64,000 bases of DNA. Origin: Eledone cirrhosa. Its lineage: Eukaryota. Numbering within the stretch: position 1 is the stretch's first letter; every line of letters starts with the position of its first letter. The notes under the pieces were generated by a model that saw only the letters and a list, made by a program, of their open reading frames with translations, was not told the origin of the DNA and searched no databases. This document shows positions 12,502 to 28,395 of this stretch, piece after piece. The stretch is from NCBI GenBank assembly GCA_964016885.1, contig OZ024740.1, forward strand, positions 359,290,001-359,354,000, given 5' to 3'. Made by a program: the position numbers and the translations under genes.

Positions 12502-12666
12502 TGTAATAAACAACATAAGACAATTATTCCATTTACCAAAGGTTTCACGAAGACAGACGAGCTCGACACAGACGGCTGATGAGCGATTTAAGCCGTCTGT
12601 GTCGAGCTCGTCTGTCTTCGTGAAACTTTTGGTAGATGGAATGATTGTCTTATGTTGTTTATTACA
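12502..12666. repeat. Fold-back element with hammerhead core starting at the loop
   Basis: About 75-bp inverted arms. Plus strand 12576-12639 reads CTGATGA-gcga...tcgt-GAAA-cttttgg-TA-gatgg. Confidence 0.8.
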
Positions 12667-12689
12667 TAACTATATATATATATATATTA

Positions 12690-12831
12690 TAAATTAGAAA
12701 TTATAAGCTTTCACCGTATTTTAGACTAAAGAAATGTCTAGCCTGATAGTGGGGTTTATAGCCCTCGGAGAAATGGAAAAAGATGAGTGTTGCCGTACTA
12801 AAATACGGTGAAAGCTTATAATTTCTAATTT
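12690..12831. repeat. Short inverted repeat (about 35-bp arms) between (TA)n tracts
   Basis: aaattagaaattataagctttcaccgtattttag / ctaaaatacggtgaaagcttataatttctaattt. Confidence 0.75.
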
Positions 12832-12929
12832 CAAACTCGCGCACCGTTTCAAAAACATACTTACATGTTTACGTTTATAATATATATATATATATATATA
12901 TAATATAGAATACGTATATGTGTATGTGC

Positions 12930-13083
<154 letters not shown>

Positions 13084-13451
13084 ATATGTATATGTGTGTG
13101 TGATTGTAAACACCGGACCATTTGCAGACTTCACCATCCTTACGTTAATACAGCCACTTAATGAAAACCCTTTGTTTGTTTAGAATAAATGAACCTTGAG
13201 AATTAGAAATACCTGCATTTGTATCAATCTGAATCATTGTATTTTTCTCCAAATATAGTTTTTTCAAATAACCTCCATTCTTTAAATCGATCAGCCAGCG
13301 ATCTCCCCTCATCCCAATCAGCACCGTCCTCTACCAACAGAAAATGTATAAATACTACCATATCACATTGAAAGTCGGCTTTCTTGATGATTTCATTCGA
13401 ATGAAACAGTTCTAGTCCTGTTGTACCCATTTCTATATTATATATATGTAT

Positions 13452-13552
<101 letters not shown>

Positions 13553-13609
13553 CACTACACACACGCACACATATACATATATATATATGTGTGTTTGTAT
13601 GTATATATT

Positions 13610-13869
13610 ACTTTACAATACAACGGGAGGAAAAATAATAGTACCACTGATGATGTCGCAGATGTGTGACGAAAGAACTTTGATAGACTATATATATACA
13701 TTTATCTCTGTATTTTTAACCGTTGGGCAATCAATGATAAACATTGATTGCCAGGTAAATTAACTATGGAGATATAAAAGATACAGAAGCGAAAACCAAC
13801 CAAACAGTGAGTGTGTTCTGTTATTATTTCTCGCAATATTATTACAACAATATGACCCTCCCCAAGTAT

Positions 13870-13875
<6 letters not shown>
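13610..13875 (+). mobile_element. Naiad-like PLE pseudo-LTR 3' fragment with hammerhead core (13647-13682)
   Basis: Ends ccctccccaagtataacaat(AT)n like 31250-31637, 34260-34520 and 44850-45250; CTGATGA-tgtcgca gatg tgtgac-GAAA-gaac-TT. Confidence 0.8.
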
Positions 13876-13937
<62 letters not shown>

Positions 13938-13956
13938 ATATATACGTGTGTATACG

Positions 13957-14020
<64 letters not shown>

Positions 14021-14056
14021 TATATATACGTATGTATGTGTATGTGTGTGTATGTA

Positions 14057-14088
<32 letters not shown>

Positions 14089-14094
14089 GATGTG

Positions 14095-14305
14095 AGATGT
14101 GAGAAAAACCACAGACCCTCCATCTCAACTCTACTTTTGAAAAGCAGAAGAACTGCGAAACCGGTAAAGGAACCAAATAAATATATATATATTTTTAAAA
14201 ATAAGACTCCAGTAGCATTTTCGATTTCATCTTTTTGTCTTTATACTTTCACTCGTGTAGGACACCTCGGTTATTTTTCATTTTGTAAAAAAAACCTCAC
14301 TTTCT
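14095..14305 (+). mobile_element. PLE-type LTR fragment with the 3' half of a hammerhead (GAAA-ccgg-TA-aagg)
   Basis: Reverse-complement copy at about 3380-3500; related to the 15481 and 42657 families. Confidence 0.55.
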
Positions 14306-14380
14306 AATATATATGACGGAGTAAATATCGAATAAGGAAAAGCGAAGTAGTTTCAGATGTTCAAATCCTTTAATAATAAT

Positions 14381-14454
14381 GCTGTGATATATATTTCAGT
14401 GACGACACTGGCCACACTGTTCTCTGTGCGAGTGTCGTGTCATCATCAGACAGC
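14381..14454 (-). ncRNA. Type I hammerhead ribozyme motif (extended stem II)
   Basis: Reverse complement of 15283-15356. Confidence 0.85.
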
Positions 14455-15282
14455 TTGTTACATAATAAGGTTATGTTTCCGAGGCAATCCAAATTGGATC
14501 GACAAGGGAACGGATGAATTGCGTGTTTTGGGGTTTTTCATCCGCTCCCGTGTGAGTACCAATTCACCCCCACCGGCCTGCGCAAGCGCATGTCCGAAGG
14601 AAGTTGACCATTCGCCACCGCAGACTTCAACGAAATTTGCTTAGTCAGTTCACCCCGTCATCCAAAACAATGGCCCACCAATGCCTGTACCATATTTTAC
14701 TGCTACCCATCAATCCGAATTATCACCTGAAAAGAATTTTTTTAATTCTTTTTTTAATTCCTTTTTTTAATTCTTTAATTTCTAATTGTTAATTTCTTAA
14801 TTGTCTAATTTATGATTTCTGATATTTGATTTAGGATTTTAATTTTTATTTCCAACTCTCACTCTTAACCCCCAACGTAAAACCATGATACCTAGAATAA
14901 GTTTATTTTCCCTTATAAGGTGATGGTCAGTCGTACCGTCAACGCTTAGTGAGGGGTAGTATTATGACCTGTAAAAACTAACACTCTCCCATCCCCTCTG
15001 GCTCTCAGCTGACTGCCACAGCCGTGATGGGTAGCAGTAAAATATGGTACAGGCATTGGTGGGCCATTGTTTTGGATGACGGGGTGAACTGACTAAGCAA
15101 ATTTCGTTGAAGTCTGCGGTGGCGAATGGTCAACTTCCTTCGGACATGCGCTTGCGCAGGCCGGTGGGGGTGAATTGGTACTCACAAGGGAGCGGATGAA
15201 AAACCCCAAAACACGCAATTCATCCGTTCCCTTGTCGATCCAATTTGGATTGCCTCGGAAACATAACCTTATTATGTAACAA

Positions 15283-15356
15283 GCTGTCTGATGATGACAC
15301 GACACTCGCACAGAGAACAGTGTGGCCAGTGTCGTCACTGAAATATATATCACAGC
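15283..15356 (+). ncRNA. Type I hammerhead ribozyme motif (extended stem II)
   Basis: gctgt-CTGATGA-tgac acgacact...agtgtcgt cact-GAAA-tatata-TC-acagc. Confidence 0.85.
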
Positions 15357-15413
15357 ATTATTATTAAAGGATTTGAACATCTGAAACTACTTCGCTTTTC
15401 CTTATTCGATATT

Positions 15414-15448
<35 letters not shown>

Positions 15449-15480
15449 AAAGAATAGAGGTGTAACACACAATTTATGAT

Positions 15481-17035
<1,555 letters not shown>

Positions 17036-17411
17036 ATATATATATATTTATATATAGCACGCGTTATGGGCATTTTAAAAAAAGGTGAAACCCATCCCAT
17101 CTAGTTTCAACTTATCCGATCTCTTCAGGGGAACGAGAGACAAAGTCAAGACACAGGCTTACACAGACACTGGTAACCCACTCATTCAGACACACAAATG
17201 CACACACACTCATACACACACACATATATTGTCCTGCGATCCCCTTTCTATCGGTATGTTTACTTTTTCTTCTTCCCTTTTTCTTTCTTCCTCTCTCTCC
17301 ACTATCTCTTCTTTCCCTCATGGCCTTTTGATAGATAAAAGGCTATGGGCGCGCTACGGATCGATGTTCTGTTTTAAGCGACCAGAGTTAACACATAAAG
17401 TGACATAAGGG

Positions 17412-18020
17412 TGACACCATGAATGTGTCGACTAGATGTATGTAGCCATAGTCTATAACTATTTTCGCAACATTCACCCACCTTTCAGCGAATTTACTGG
17501 GGTGTATCACCTCTCTCTCCACTCTTCCTTCTGAAGTGTTATTTAAAGAAGGAGATGAGTTGAAGGCGACGGGGTGATCCTCACGATGGACTCGGCTGAC
17601 AAATGGATGTGTCCCACAGGTGACAGTAGCTGTTCGACATAATTCCACAGGTCGGTCACCCCTGGGCACTAAACATTTGTGTGCAGAATGGTTTCAATGT
17701 CCTGCTCGCATCTTGGACAGGTCCTTTTGGCAGGATCCCTGCCAGGGCGTCCGAGCCTGTAGATTGTGTCTCGAACTGGTAGAGCTGCTCGGTAGCGCTG
17801 CCAGGCCAGAGATCTTTGGAAGTTACCCATAGGCCCTGGACGGAAAGTCCTCCCGAACAGACTGTCCAGTTCATCCTCTTCGATGTCTAGAGTCTCCTCG
17901 AGAACGCCGTCGCACTTATCCTCCACTAATCCTCTATAGAATGTCTCCGCTGAGTCTCCGCTGATTCCCGTTTCCACTTGGTAGAGGGGTGTGAGCGCCT
18001 GAACGCACTCCAGGTGCCAA
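17412..18020 (-). mobile_element. Tx1/L1-type LINE 3' fragment
   Basis: WQRYRAALPVRD...CPRCEQDIETILH (RT-associated Zn motif); homologous to 49060-50050. Confidence 0.85.
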
Positions 18021-18865
18021 GCAGATAGATAGATAGATAGATGGAAAGGGGGAGAGGGGGAGAGAAAGGGGGAGATAGAGTGTCACAGCAAGTAGTAAAC
18101 AACAGTTTGATTTAAAATTAGGCTGTGTGGTGTGGTTATAATGAAAATATCATTAAAAAAACACGTGGGAGAAATATAGCAAACAGAAAACATGGAAGAG
18201 ACAAGTACATGGACAATTCCTGCTTATCAGCCGAGAGAGGGAGAAAGAGTGAGAGAGAGAGAGAGAGAGAGTTAACAAAAGTGGAACAATCCACTAATAT
18301 TTTGGTAAGGTGTGTTAAGCTCAATGCGTTATTCGGGTCTAAAACATACAGGAATCAAAGTCATGGGTGCACACCAAAGGATTATGATACTGGTAGGTGA
18401 TGACGACGAAAGCTGCAGAGCATAAATAATCATTACAAAAGGATACCAAGGTTGTTATTCAAATTCAACTTTTAATTTCTATAATTCTTTTTATGAGGAT
18501 AAATGAAGCACCAGTACAAAGAATTTATTAATTTGTCAGACAATTAATAATCAATAATATGACACAAAAGCATCTAGATATATCATCATGAAATATAGAT
18601 AGATCCATTGAGGTATATTAACACATCAAGAAGGGAGAAAGACAAGCTTTCAAGTAACGAATACATACACTAGAAATATAACGGAAGTGATTTGTGTAAT
18701 TAATGAATGGCGTACTAATATAAGCATTTTGGGGGAAATTATATTGTAAAGAAACATACCACTAGAAGGGAGGTTAAATAGATTTGAAAGTCACTATGAA
18801 TGGCGAAAACAATAACGTTTAAAATTACGTGTAAATATGAATATGATAGTGTAAGGTTCCTATCA

Positions 18866-19077
18866 TAATGATTTCTACTTTAGGCACAAGGCCAGTATTT
18901 GGGGGGGGTCGATTAAATCGACCTCAGTGCGTTACTGGTGCTTTATGTATCACCCCCGTAAGGATGAAAGGCAAAACTAACGTCGGTGGGATTTTAACTT
19001 AGAACGTAAAGGGCCGTAACTCTATGCTGCGAAGCATGTTGTCCCACGCTCTACCGATACTGACAATCCATCGCCTT
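18866..19077 (-). mobile_element. SINE family A, full length with TSD
   Basis: 14-bp TSD taaggttcctatca at 18852-18865 and 19078-19091. Confidence 0.85.
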
Positions 19078-20112
19078 TAAGGTTCCTATCAAAATATTCT
19101 CAAAAAGATTCTATTCACACAGAATTAAATGAAAAGAAGAACGCCAATGAGATCATTGAAAGCACGTGTTTATATATAAACACAGAAAACCCGTTAGATT
19201 AAGTCTAGGTGTTATTAACATAACTCACCGTTGTTACCACGGTGTTTGCTTTTAACAGTGACTTGGTCGAATAGATATCGGTGTTATACTCAACTGCCAT
19301 CGGTGTTATGATCACACAATACTCTTGCCATCGCAAGAGATCATATAATAGAATAAGATCATGTCGGAGATAGACTAAACCAGTTACTCAATAGTAACAA
19401 TTAATCCCTGGGGTCATAAAAGAACGTATAATCAAAGCTAAGCAGGGAATGTCCACAAGACAATTACTGCACGTCACTCTCATAATAATTTACTTACGTG
19501 AAACAGTTTATCTATTATTTAAGCCTAATTCGTACTTAATAGATGTAAGAGGCAATTATATAAAGGTAAGTACATAACACGTTGCGATAATGAATTAAGT
19601 TGGGTCATAAAATACTAATATAGAAAGAATTCCTGAGTAAGCATGTAGAATGAGTTTCAGATTTTCTATAGTAAAATTACGAGTTAAAACACCTATTATG
19701 AATTTAAGTGAAACAGTATAATTATTATTAAACTCTGGTTCATAACTAGTAGATGTAAGATTAGATAGAAGTAACTATAAAGGGGAATAGGTTACCATAA
19801 TATACTAAGTGGGGTCGTATTTACTATAATAAAAAGAATAGGATTTTCTGTGTAAGCAAGTGGAGAGAGTTTTTGATTTCCTATTTAAGATTAGTAAATG
19901 TGACTTAATTATCAGAAGAATATCGAGACTAGTAATAGGTGGTGGCATAACCACTATCGATTGGTCAATATATCGATTTATCATCATTGCCTAATTTGGA
20001 TGGTGTGACGCGTGTTGGTTTAGCAGGAGTCATGAGTGCATGTCAGCGTTCGGTTTAGGGTGTTTGCTAAGTGTTTTGTGGACCGATTGGAGCAATAATG
20101 GTCTTATTTACG

Positions 20113-20223
<111 letters not shown>

Positions 20224-23200
20224 ATATATATGTACATATATATATATGTGTATATATATATATGTACATATATATATATGTGTATATATATATATAGTCG
20301 AAGGTTTACCGGCCATGCTGGAACAACACTGTCCAATATATTTTCTTTATTTAAATCGATAGCTTATTGTATAAGAGAAATGTGGTTGTTATTTTAAGCA
20401 GATCTAGTGACAGCATTGAGAATCCTTTCTTAGCTCGTTCATTTGTTTTGATAGTAATTCTTCAGTCATCAAGAATTTTATCTCTATTGTGGGGTCTGTC
20501 TATGAAAGTTACATACTCTAAGCTGGCCTTCAAATCGTGGGGATACGTGTCACATCCACTTAAGCTATAGAAACTGAACTATGGACTATTTATCAGGAAA
20601 ATCTTGTTATTTGATAACAATATTCAATATAACTACATCGCACAGCTGTTAGAATCATTCTCCTGTGAGTTTACAGCGTTATGAGCCGAAAGACGACAAT
20701 GGGAACTACTACTAATGAATACCTCCTTGAAACTCGTATATATTCTAGATCTACAGAATTATCTGCAATTGTTTGCGATTTCATGGAAATTTACAATCAT
20801 TTGCTACACAACATGGTTTAATTTGAAAGAAGTGGATTATATTATTAATTTAACTTCCAATAGATATTTCACAAAATATTAAAAATCACTTTTGCAAGAG
20901 AATAGGGAAATTCAGTTTAATCAACGCCACTGCACCTAGCACTTTTTATCCACACAAGATTGTAAACTAGAGGCTGGTGGAAATTGAACGTATAATGCTG
21001 CAAAATATTTTCTACTGATCCGCCTGCCCGACAGTTATCATTCCTTCATTCTTAAATATAATTCTAACTGATAGTGGAGAAAATGATATGATCTTAATAA
21101 TGGCAATGAGGGGGAAAATGATTAAATAAAGACTATTAATACATATCTATATCTCTAACATCTTAAATTATTTACATAATTGCAGGTAAAAATTGTTTCT
21201 ATGGAACTAAGAAAAGGAATCGTTGATGATGTTATTTCTTTGTATTTTGTTTGTTTGTTAAGAGTGTTTAAACTTAGATAAACGAAATCCACTTCACTGC
21301 GGTTTCGTGTCTTGGAGAAAACAAATAAAAGCGAAAAGGAGGGTGATAGCTACCTTAAACAACCAATAGGGAAGTCTCTAAATGGTAGCTTCACATGCTA
21401 CAAATACCATCTTCCAAAAAGGACACATTGGATAATGTGGTCCTCTTCCAATAGAACATGGGATGTGATGGTCATGACTTGTTCATTCAGTGCCAACTTG
21501 GAACTAAACAACAACAGTGAAATGTATTTTGTTGATTATAATATAGTGTTCTTCGATTCAGTATAATCCTTCTGATATTGAATTTCTACTGTAACATATT
21601 TCAATAATTTCATACATTTTCAGTGTGTTTGAAATTATGTACTACCAATTATAATTTCATTCACCAATTTCCCATCCCCTATATAAAAAATTGATTATAT
21701 AACTAATTAAGAATGCAATGCTGTTGTCATTTCTCAAAGTTTCACACTTGCTTTTCAGAATAGTTATCACTGATCTTATTAACAAGCGTTTCCAGAAGGA
21801 CAAGCAAAATCGATTGCGAAACAATTAGTTGCCTATAAACATTTCCCCTGAGAAAGTTTTGACAATCTTAAAATATGTATTTATAATGTTTTCCTTCGGA
21901 AGCACATATAAAACTTATAGATTTCCGATATCGAATTTCTATTTTAACAGTTTCAGTAATATTTTGAATAATTTTCAGGCTATTTGGAAAAAGGTAAAAT
22001 ATTTATTTCATTCTTTGATATCTACTTCTGTGACTGTAACAGAATTTTACAATTATCAACGAATTGGGTTAAGCTTAAGAGGGACTGCGTCTGCAATGTG
22101 CGTTCCTTGCTCATTTAAGTCATTTTACTTGATCTTCTCAATTTCAATTTTTAGGCATAATAAATAGCTTTGATAGGCCAGGACTCGAGTAGGTTTATTT
22201 GATTTAGATACACAACATGAAGACTAAGCTTCGATGGTGATGAGATATAGCTTCTAAATTTCTTTTTAAGGAGATGCTACCATAAACAGAATCGATAAGG
22301 TACCAAGCTAAGATCCAAAGTTTATTCCTGTGAGGGTTGTGGGAATAGAGGACTCAAACACGCCTTCCAGCGGGTTCTGTTGGACCAAACCCTCACTAAT
22401 TTTAATCCAGCTGGATCCCTAAATGAGACTAATCCAGCTCATAAATTTTATCCAACCATCTTGCTCGGGTCTACTCCTGGGTCACCTGTCGTTGGATTTT
22501 ACAAGTAAGGAGACTTATAAATCTTGATTTGAAAATATGTCTTCCTTCATGCACTTGTAGTACAAGCAGGCACGAAAATCGCAGCGGAGATAGTAAAGGC
22601 TTCTAAATTTAAAATATGGGAGAACTTTGGGGTTAAGCTGGTATCCGAATTCAGATCTGGTGAGCTAATCTAAGAACCCGATACATAGTCAACCATACGC
22701 CTAGATACAAATGGGTAATTTGTATTGATGTTATCTCAAATAGTCTTCCTAAACTTTGCAACATACGCATTCAGAAGCATTTGTCAGAAATATTAATTAG
22801 GAAGTTGGATAGTGTGTATATCTTCCCAAGACCGACTGATTTCTAAGGGAAGAACTCGAATGAGTGTGTTTCACTATATTACAGGTCACATTTTAAATAT
22901 GTTACTTTAAGTGTATTACGTTTTTTCCAACCATCCTTTTCTGTATATCATACTCATTTGCTGACGCAGCCAACTATAATTATTCCTAAGTAATAATATC
23001 ATATTCACTGTTTGACCCCATATTTTTATATGTAAGGAGCTACAAAAGGGAGGAAGCTTTGCATGAACGTTTATGTCCTTAGAAATATTAAATAAAGAGA
23101 AATAGCTCTTTTTCTATGCCTCAACTCTTTCGTAACTAATTCAAATAACGTGATTTATATAAAACTTAAAACACTTTTCAACATTGAACGTAGTGCGCAG

Positions 23201-23437
23201 AAATGCGTTATAAAATTAATGCTACTCTCAATGAGAAGTTACTTATCAGATAAAACTACAAAATTTATGTTTCTAATATTTATGTATCTGGTGCCAGAAG
23301 ATTTTTTTATCAACATACGTCAAATTTTGCAGTAAATAATTACTTTATCAGATGGTTTCGAAAGATTTTCCCAGTTTTATTTCATACTTTTTATCATTTT
23401 ATATTACTGCATCTACTGCATAAATCGTGGAGTGTGA

Positions 23438-23765
<328 letters not shown>

Positions 23766-23949
23766 TCACGCTCAAATATATAGTGTTTTCGTCTATGTAA
23801 ATGAGAACCAGTTGAGTTCGAAATGCTCGACGATTGTCCCCCTTGCTTCTGCCGAGTAGCGCTTGGTGGTGTTAGCTGCCAGTGTTATTAATAGCTATGG
23901 CTTTCTATCTGTTTATTTATAAACATACCGTATTTCTTTAGAAATACGA

Positions 23950-23986
<37 letters not shown>

Positions 23987-24421
23987 CATATTTAAATACA
24001 TGCATAAGCATTAATATATATGTATATACTACTACTACTACTACTATTACTACTACTACTACTACAGCCGTCACTTGCAGTCATGTTTGACTTGCTAATA
24101 TCTATTGTGCTTTGGAATCTGTGGAAACTACACTGTAACTGTAGTGTGCTATTCTCCAATATCAACTAAATCAACCATTTATGTATAACTTAGGTCAGGA
24201 CCATCTCAGCAATAGACAGAAATTCAAGACAGTTACTTCTTGAGCAAACAGGTTTGTCTCCTTTGTACTTTGTGATGTAATGATGAAGCGATCTAGTGCG
24301 GAGGTAGCCACCCGCATTCAGGATCTCTGCTTGAACATTGTCTCGTCCAGATTTCCTATTTGTGAGGTTTTGATAGCAGCCCGTACTTCAGTCAAGATTG
24401 ATATATGTGTGTGTGTGTGTG

Positions 24422-24458
<37 letters not shown>

Positions 24459-24493
24459 TTTACTCAATGTATATATATATAAATTATATATAC

Positions 24494-24525
<32 letters not shown>

Positions 24526-24544
24526 GTGTGTGTGTATGTGTGTA

Positions 24545-24579
<35 letters not shown>

Positions 24580-24823
24580 ATAATTTATATATATACATAT
24601 ATATACACACGCACATATATATGTTTGTGTGTGTGTGTGTGTATAAAGATCGTAAAAGAGTAAATAAAAGAAAAAGAGAGGTTATATGTCTTAATCCGTA
24701 TGGTGAGTAAATGGGGTCCCACGTGCTGGCGTCCCCACAGTCCCGGCGGACAGAATGGAGAAGGCGTTTCCCCGGAGTCTTCAAAATGGTGAATGACGGG
24801 CATTTATTTATTTATTTATCCAA

Positions 24824-24898
<75 letters not shown>

Positions 24899-25239
24899 TG
24901 TGTGTGTGTGTGTGTACGCGCGCGCGCATGCGTGTGTGTGTGTATGTGTGTGCTTTGCATTTGTTATATGATTATGAAAACTCAGAGAGTCGCAAATGAC
25001 TCGTAAAGTCGAGTGGCAAATGACTATAATCCAATGTTTTATCTTCTTTCAAGTTGCACTGGAGAAACGGAGACGTGTATAGGCGTAACTATTTGGAAGC
25101 ATATAATCACAAATCTGCACATAGGCAGCGACAAAATAAAGCATTTGGGATATGGATGGGCGTTTTATGATATGATCAGAATCTACCGTTTCTTTAGAAC
25201 AAATCAGTAGTATCTTGGACAATCAACATCCGACCCTAA

Positions 25240-26060
25240 TATTTACAAAGGAGACAAACTCCAGAAAATTACTATTTCTTAACATAATGCTGATTAAAAA
25301 TAGCACCAACATCACAACAAATATGACAAAAATACTAGCACACACCAATACCTGAATCATACCGAGCAACACATATAAAACTAACATTCCATATTGTTAA
25401 GCCATAAATGTTCTACCGTTGTTGCTGATGTAATTACTAGACAAGAAAGACTTGCAGAACTCAATGAATTTCTACTAAAACAAAAATACCCGTCTCTTCT
25501 TATACAAAATACAGCGTGTAAAACGAATGCCTGTAGAGCAACTTTCGATATCACAAGAAAGAGGAACACAAGACAAAGATATCGTAGATTTTATAGTAGC
25601 ACACACTCCCTATAATCGAAATATTTTAAAAGTCACTAAATCAAATATTTTAATTATGAGACTAAGTAGTAAACTGAGGAAAACCCTATTATATAAGCTT
25701 ATTCAAAGTAAACAATGTCCAAATAATTTGAAACAACTAACAGGGGCAAAATTTGATCTAAACAACAGCAAAACCTTCACAGTCTCTAAGTGTAATGACA
25801 ATCGTTATAATATATGTCAATTTATACACGCTGGCATTTATTTTAACTCAAAACCTGGAAAAGGAATATTGCGAATATATTGCGAAGATATGAATATTGC
25901 GAATATATTGCGAAGATATGAACTGTAAAAGCAGAAGTCTGATTTAGTCTATCAAATTTCCGAATTGAGGAGAAATATATATTGGTCTGACGGAAAATTA
26001 ATTATCATAACACTTTCAAATGTACCAAGAACAGGTTAGGGATTCGATTTGTCAGATGAT
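25240..26060 (+). pseudogene. Degraded Penelope/Neptune-like PLE (RT thumb, linker, GIY-YIG remnant)
   Basis: RQERLAELNEFLLKQKYPSLLI and KCNDNRYNICQFI resemble PLE thumb and Cys linker; multiple frameshifts. Confidence 0.6.
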
Positions 26061-26377
26061 TCGATTTGATTTAGTTTGATTTAATATAATTTAACTCAAT
26101 TTAATATAAATTGATATATTCTGTAAGTTATCTTCCTTTGACCTATGTACAACCATTTTTAAAATTACAAAATATGAAAATGCTTAATAGATTATCTCCC
26201 CAAAGAATAGCATCACCTAGATCTCATCACCATATTGAATGTAATAATATAACGTAATATTCAATGAAATAATATAACGATATAAACACCCGAAGAAAGT
26301 CCTAGAAGTCATGAAAGTACTTGTGAGAATGCGAAATAAAATATAAAACACCAGCGATGTTGAAATTTTATAGATAT

Positions 26378-27055
26378 CTTTCTTTATTTGCCACAGGGCG
26401 TACAAAAGTGGGACATTACAAGACGTGTTGGCGGGGGTTTTACATAAAAATCATATAACTTTAACATTAATAAATAACAATAAACTATATATAATAAAAT
26501 AACAATTGAAATCCCCAATAGGGGGAACGTTACTGCAGGGTTGTTTTACACCCCGTGGATAGAACAACCCTCAACACCAGGAACACGTTTTGTAGGTGTT
26601 CCCGTCTTTCCTCTGTTTATCTTCCTCAACCTACAGGTTTATATACAGAGAAGGCCCATTCACTCGGGCCATTTTCGCCACATTCACCCACCTTTGAGCG
26701 AATTTACTGGGGTGTAGCACCTCTCTCTCCACTCTCACCTTCCTTCTGAAGTGGTACTTAAAAAAGGGGATAAGTTGTTGTCCGGAGAGAAAGGTGTTTG
26801 ACCTCAGTCTTTTTAACCTCGTCCACCATATTACCTCTTTCGCCATAGCCACCAGACAGAGGAAAACCGCCACTCCCTCATTCTTAAATGAAGGCGACGG
26901 GGTGATCCTCACGATGGACTCGGCTGACAACTGGATGCGTCCCACACGTGACAGTAGCTGTTCGACATAATTCCACAGGTCGGTCACCCCTGGGCACTGA
27001 ACAATTGCGTGCAGAACGGTTTCGATGTCCTGCTCGCATCTTGGACAGGTCCTTT
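26378..27055 (-). mobile_element. Tx1/L1-type LINE 3' fragment
   Basis: ORF 26631-26987 is homologous to 49322-49828; same 3' end ...tggcaaataaa. Confidence 0.85.
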
Positions 27056-28395
27056 TGTTTTATTCTGTTTCGAAATTTTTTTTTTTTTAATTAGTATATT
27101 TCAATTATATCCATTCGTGTTAAAATCAATTATAACAGTGAAAATATATAAAATAAAATGGATATAACCAAAAACCCAAGATATTTAAATTTTCGATGGT
27201 ACTGATGCATAATACGAGGATACACAACTCGTTATAAAGAGTAATTAAACTTTAAAGGGTTAAATAATCTTGAATAAGCAAAAGGAAAGAAGCAATATAG
27301 TTTATATTTTGATTATAAAGTGTAAAAAGCAAATAAAAGAAACTGGGCGCCATCACTACAAAACTAAATTTGTTGTATCTCGGATAATTAATTTTCTATT
27401 CAACATCGGAGTACTTTGTTACAACTTGACCAGAAATCAAAATGGCTTCACTTCGCTATACAAAATTTCGTTCATTTCAATTTTTGTATTTGGTTTACAA
27501 CCTGATGTCAATTTGATTAAATGGAAGGCGTAATAAGAAGAAACCTTAGTATTCTCTTCTGCAACAGTATGCTGTGGAGTATGTTAAAATGCTTAGTTCG
27601 CTGATAAAACTCTCAATTACTATCTGCAGTATTTTGTCATACTTGTGAGAAAAAAGTATTGAATGTTGAAATAACGAAGATAATATCATAATTGCTAATC
27701 TGAAACTTACCTTTTCATTATGATTTTAGCGAAGAATTTCTAGATTTTATTTGTTTATAATGATTTTTTATCCCCCTCCCCCATCACCACCACCACTAAC
27801 AATTCTCTATGATTCAGAAGAATCTCTTTTTATATACCCAAATTTTCATTATCCCACGCATACGTCCATTTTAAGAATGTATGTGGGATTTAGCTGGATT
27901 TGGTTGGTATTCTAATAGTTCAAGCGACATGATGAAATTTCAGCGCTGGTTCGTATAAAATGAAATATCTAGCGGCAAAATGCTTGAATTACATGATTAT
28001 AAAATGTATACGTCGCTGCTTCAGTTTCTACTTGGATTAATATCTATCAAACACTAAAAACGAAGTTGAAGTTTTCTATTTGAATGTAGTTCGGAAATAG
28101 ATGTTTTCTCTCCTAAACTTACATTCAGTTTTTCAATAACAATACAATTACAATAATGGAACACTCTTGCTTTACTGATTTTAATATTCAAATATATACA
28201 TAACACTTCAAAAATCTGTTTCATTTAGAACTGCAATACAAACAGAAAGAATGAAAATAAAATTAACGTACACATATATATGTAAATATGTACATACACA
28301 TAGATACATACATATATTTATAAATATATTTTTGTGTGTGTATGCGCGCATGTGTGTGTGGGGGTGGTGAGTGTATTTATATATATATATATATA

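Larger units (their letters stand above)
14320..15417. mobile_element. Fold-back PLE-type insertion: about 393-bp near-identical inverted arms (14320-14712, 15025-15417) with spacer
   Basis: Mirror ORFs 14357+ and 15093- differ by one residue. The spacer is the upstream continuation of the right arm, as shown by the copy at 29734-30400. Confidence 0.9.

Noticed and set aside
14357-15380. Duplicated 95-aa ORF (MFKSFNNNAV...) as a gene pair
   Set aside because: It is antisense to the hammerhead strand, has no recognisable domain and is truncated in the third copy at 29762
22380-22500. Similarity to 46580-46660 as a conserved regulatory element
   Set aside because: More simply two decayed copies of an old unclassified repeat
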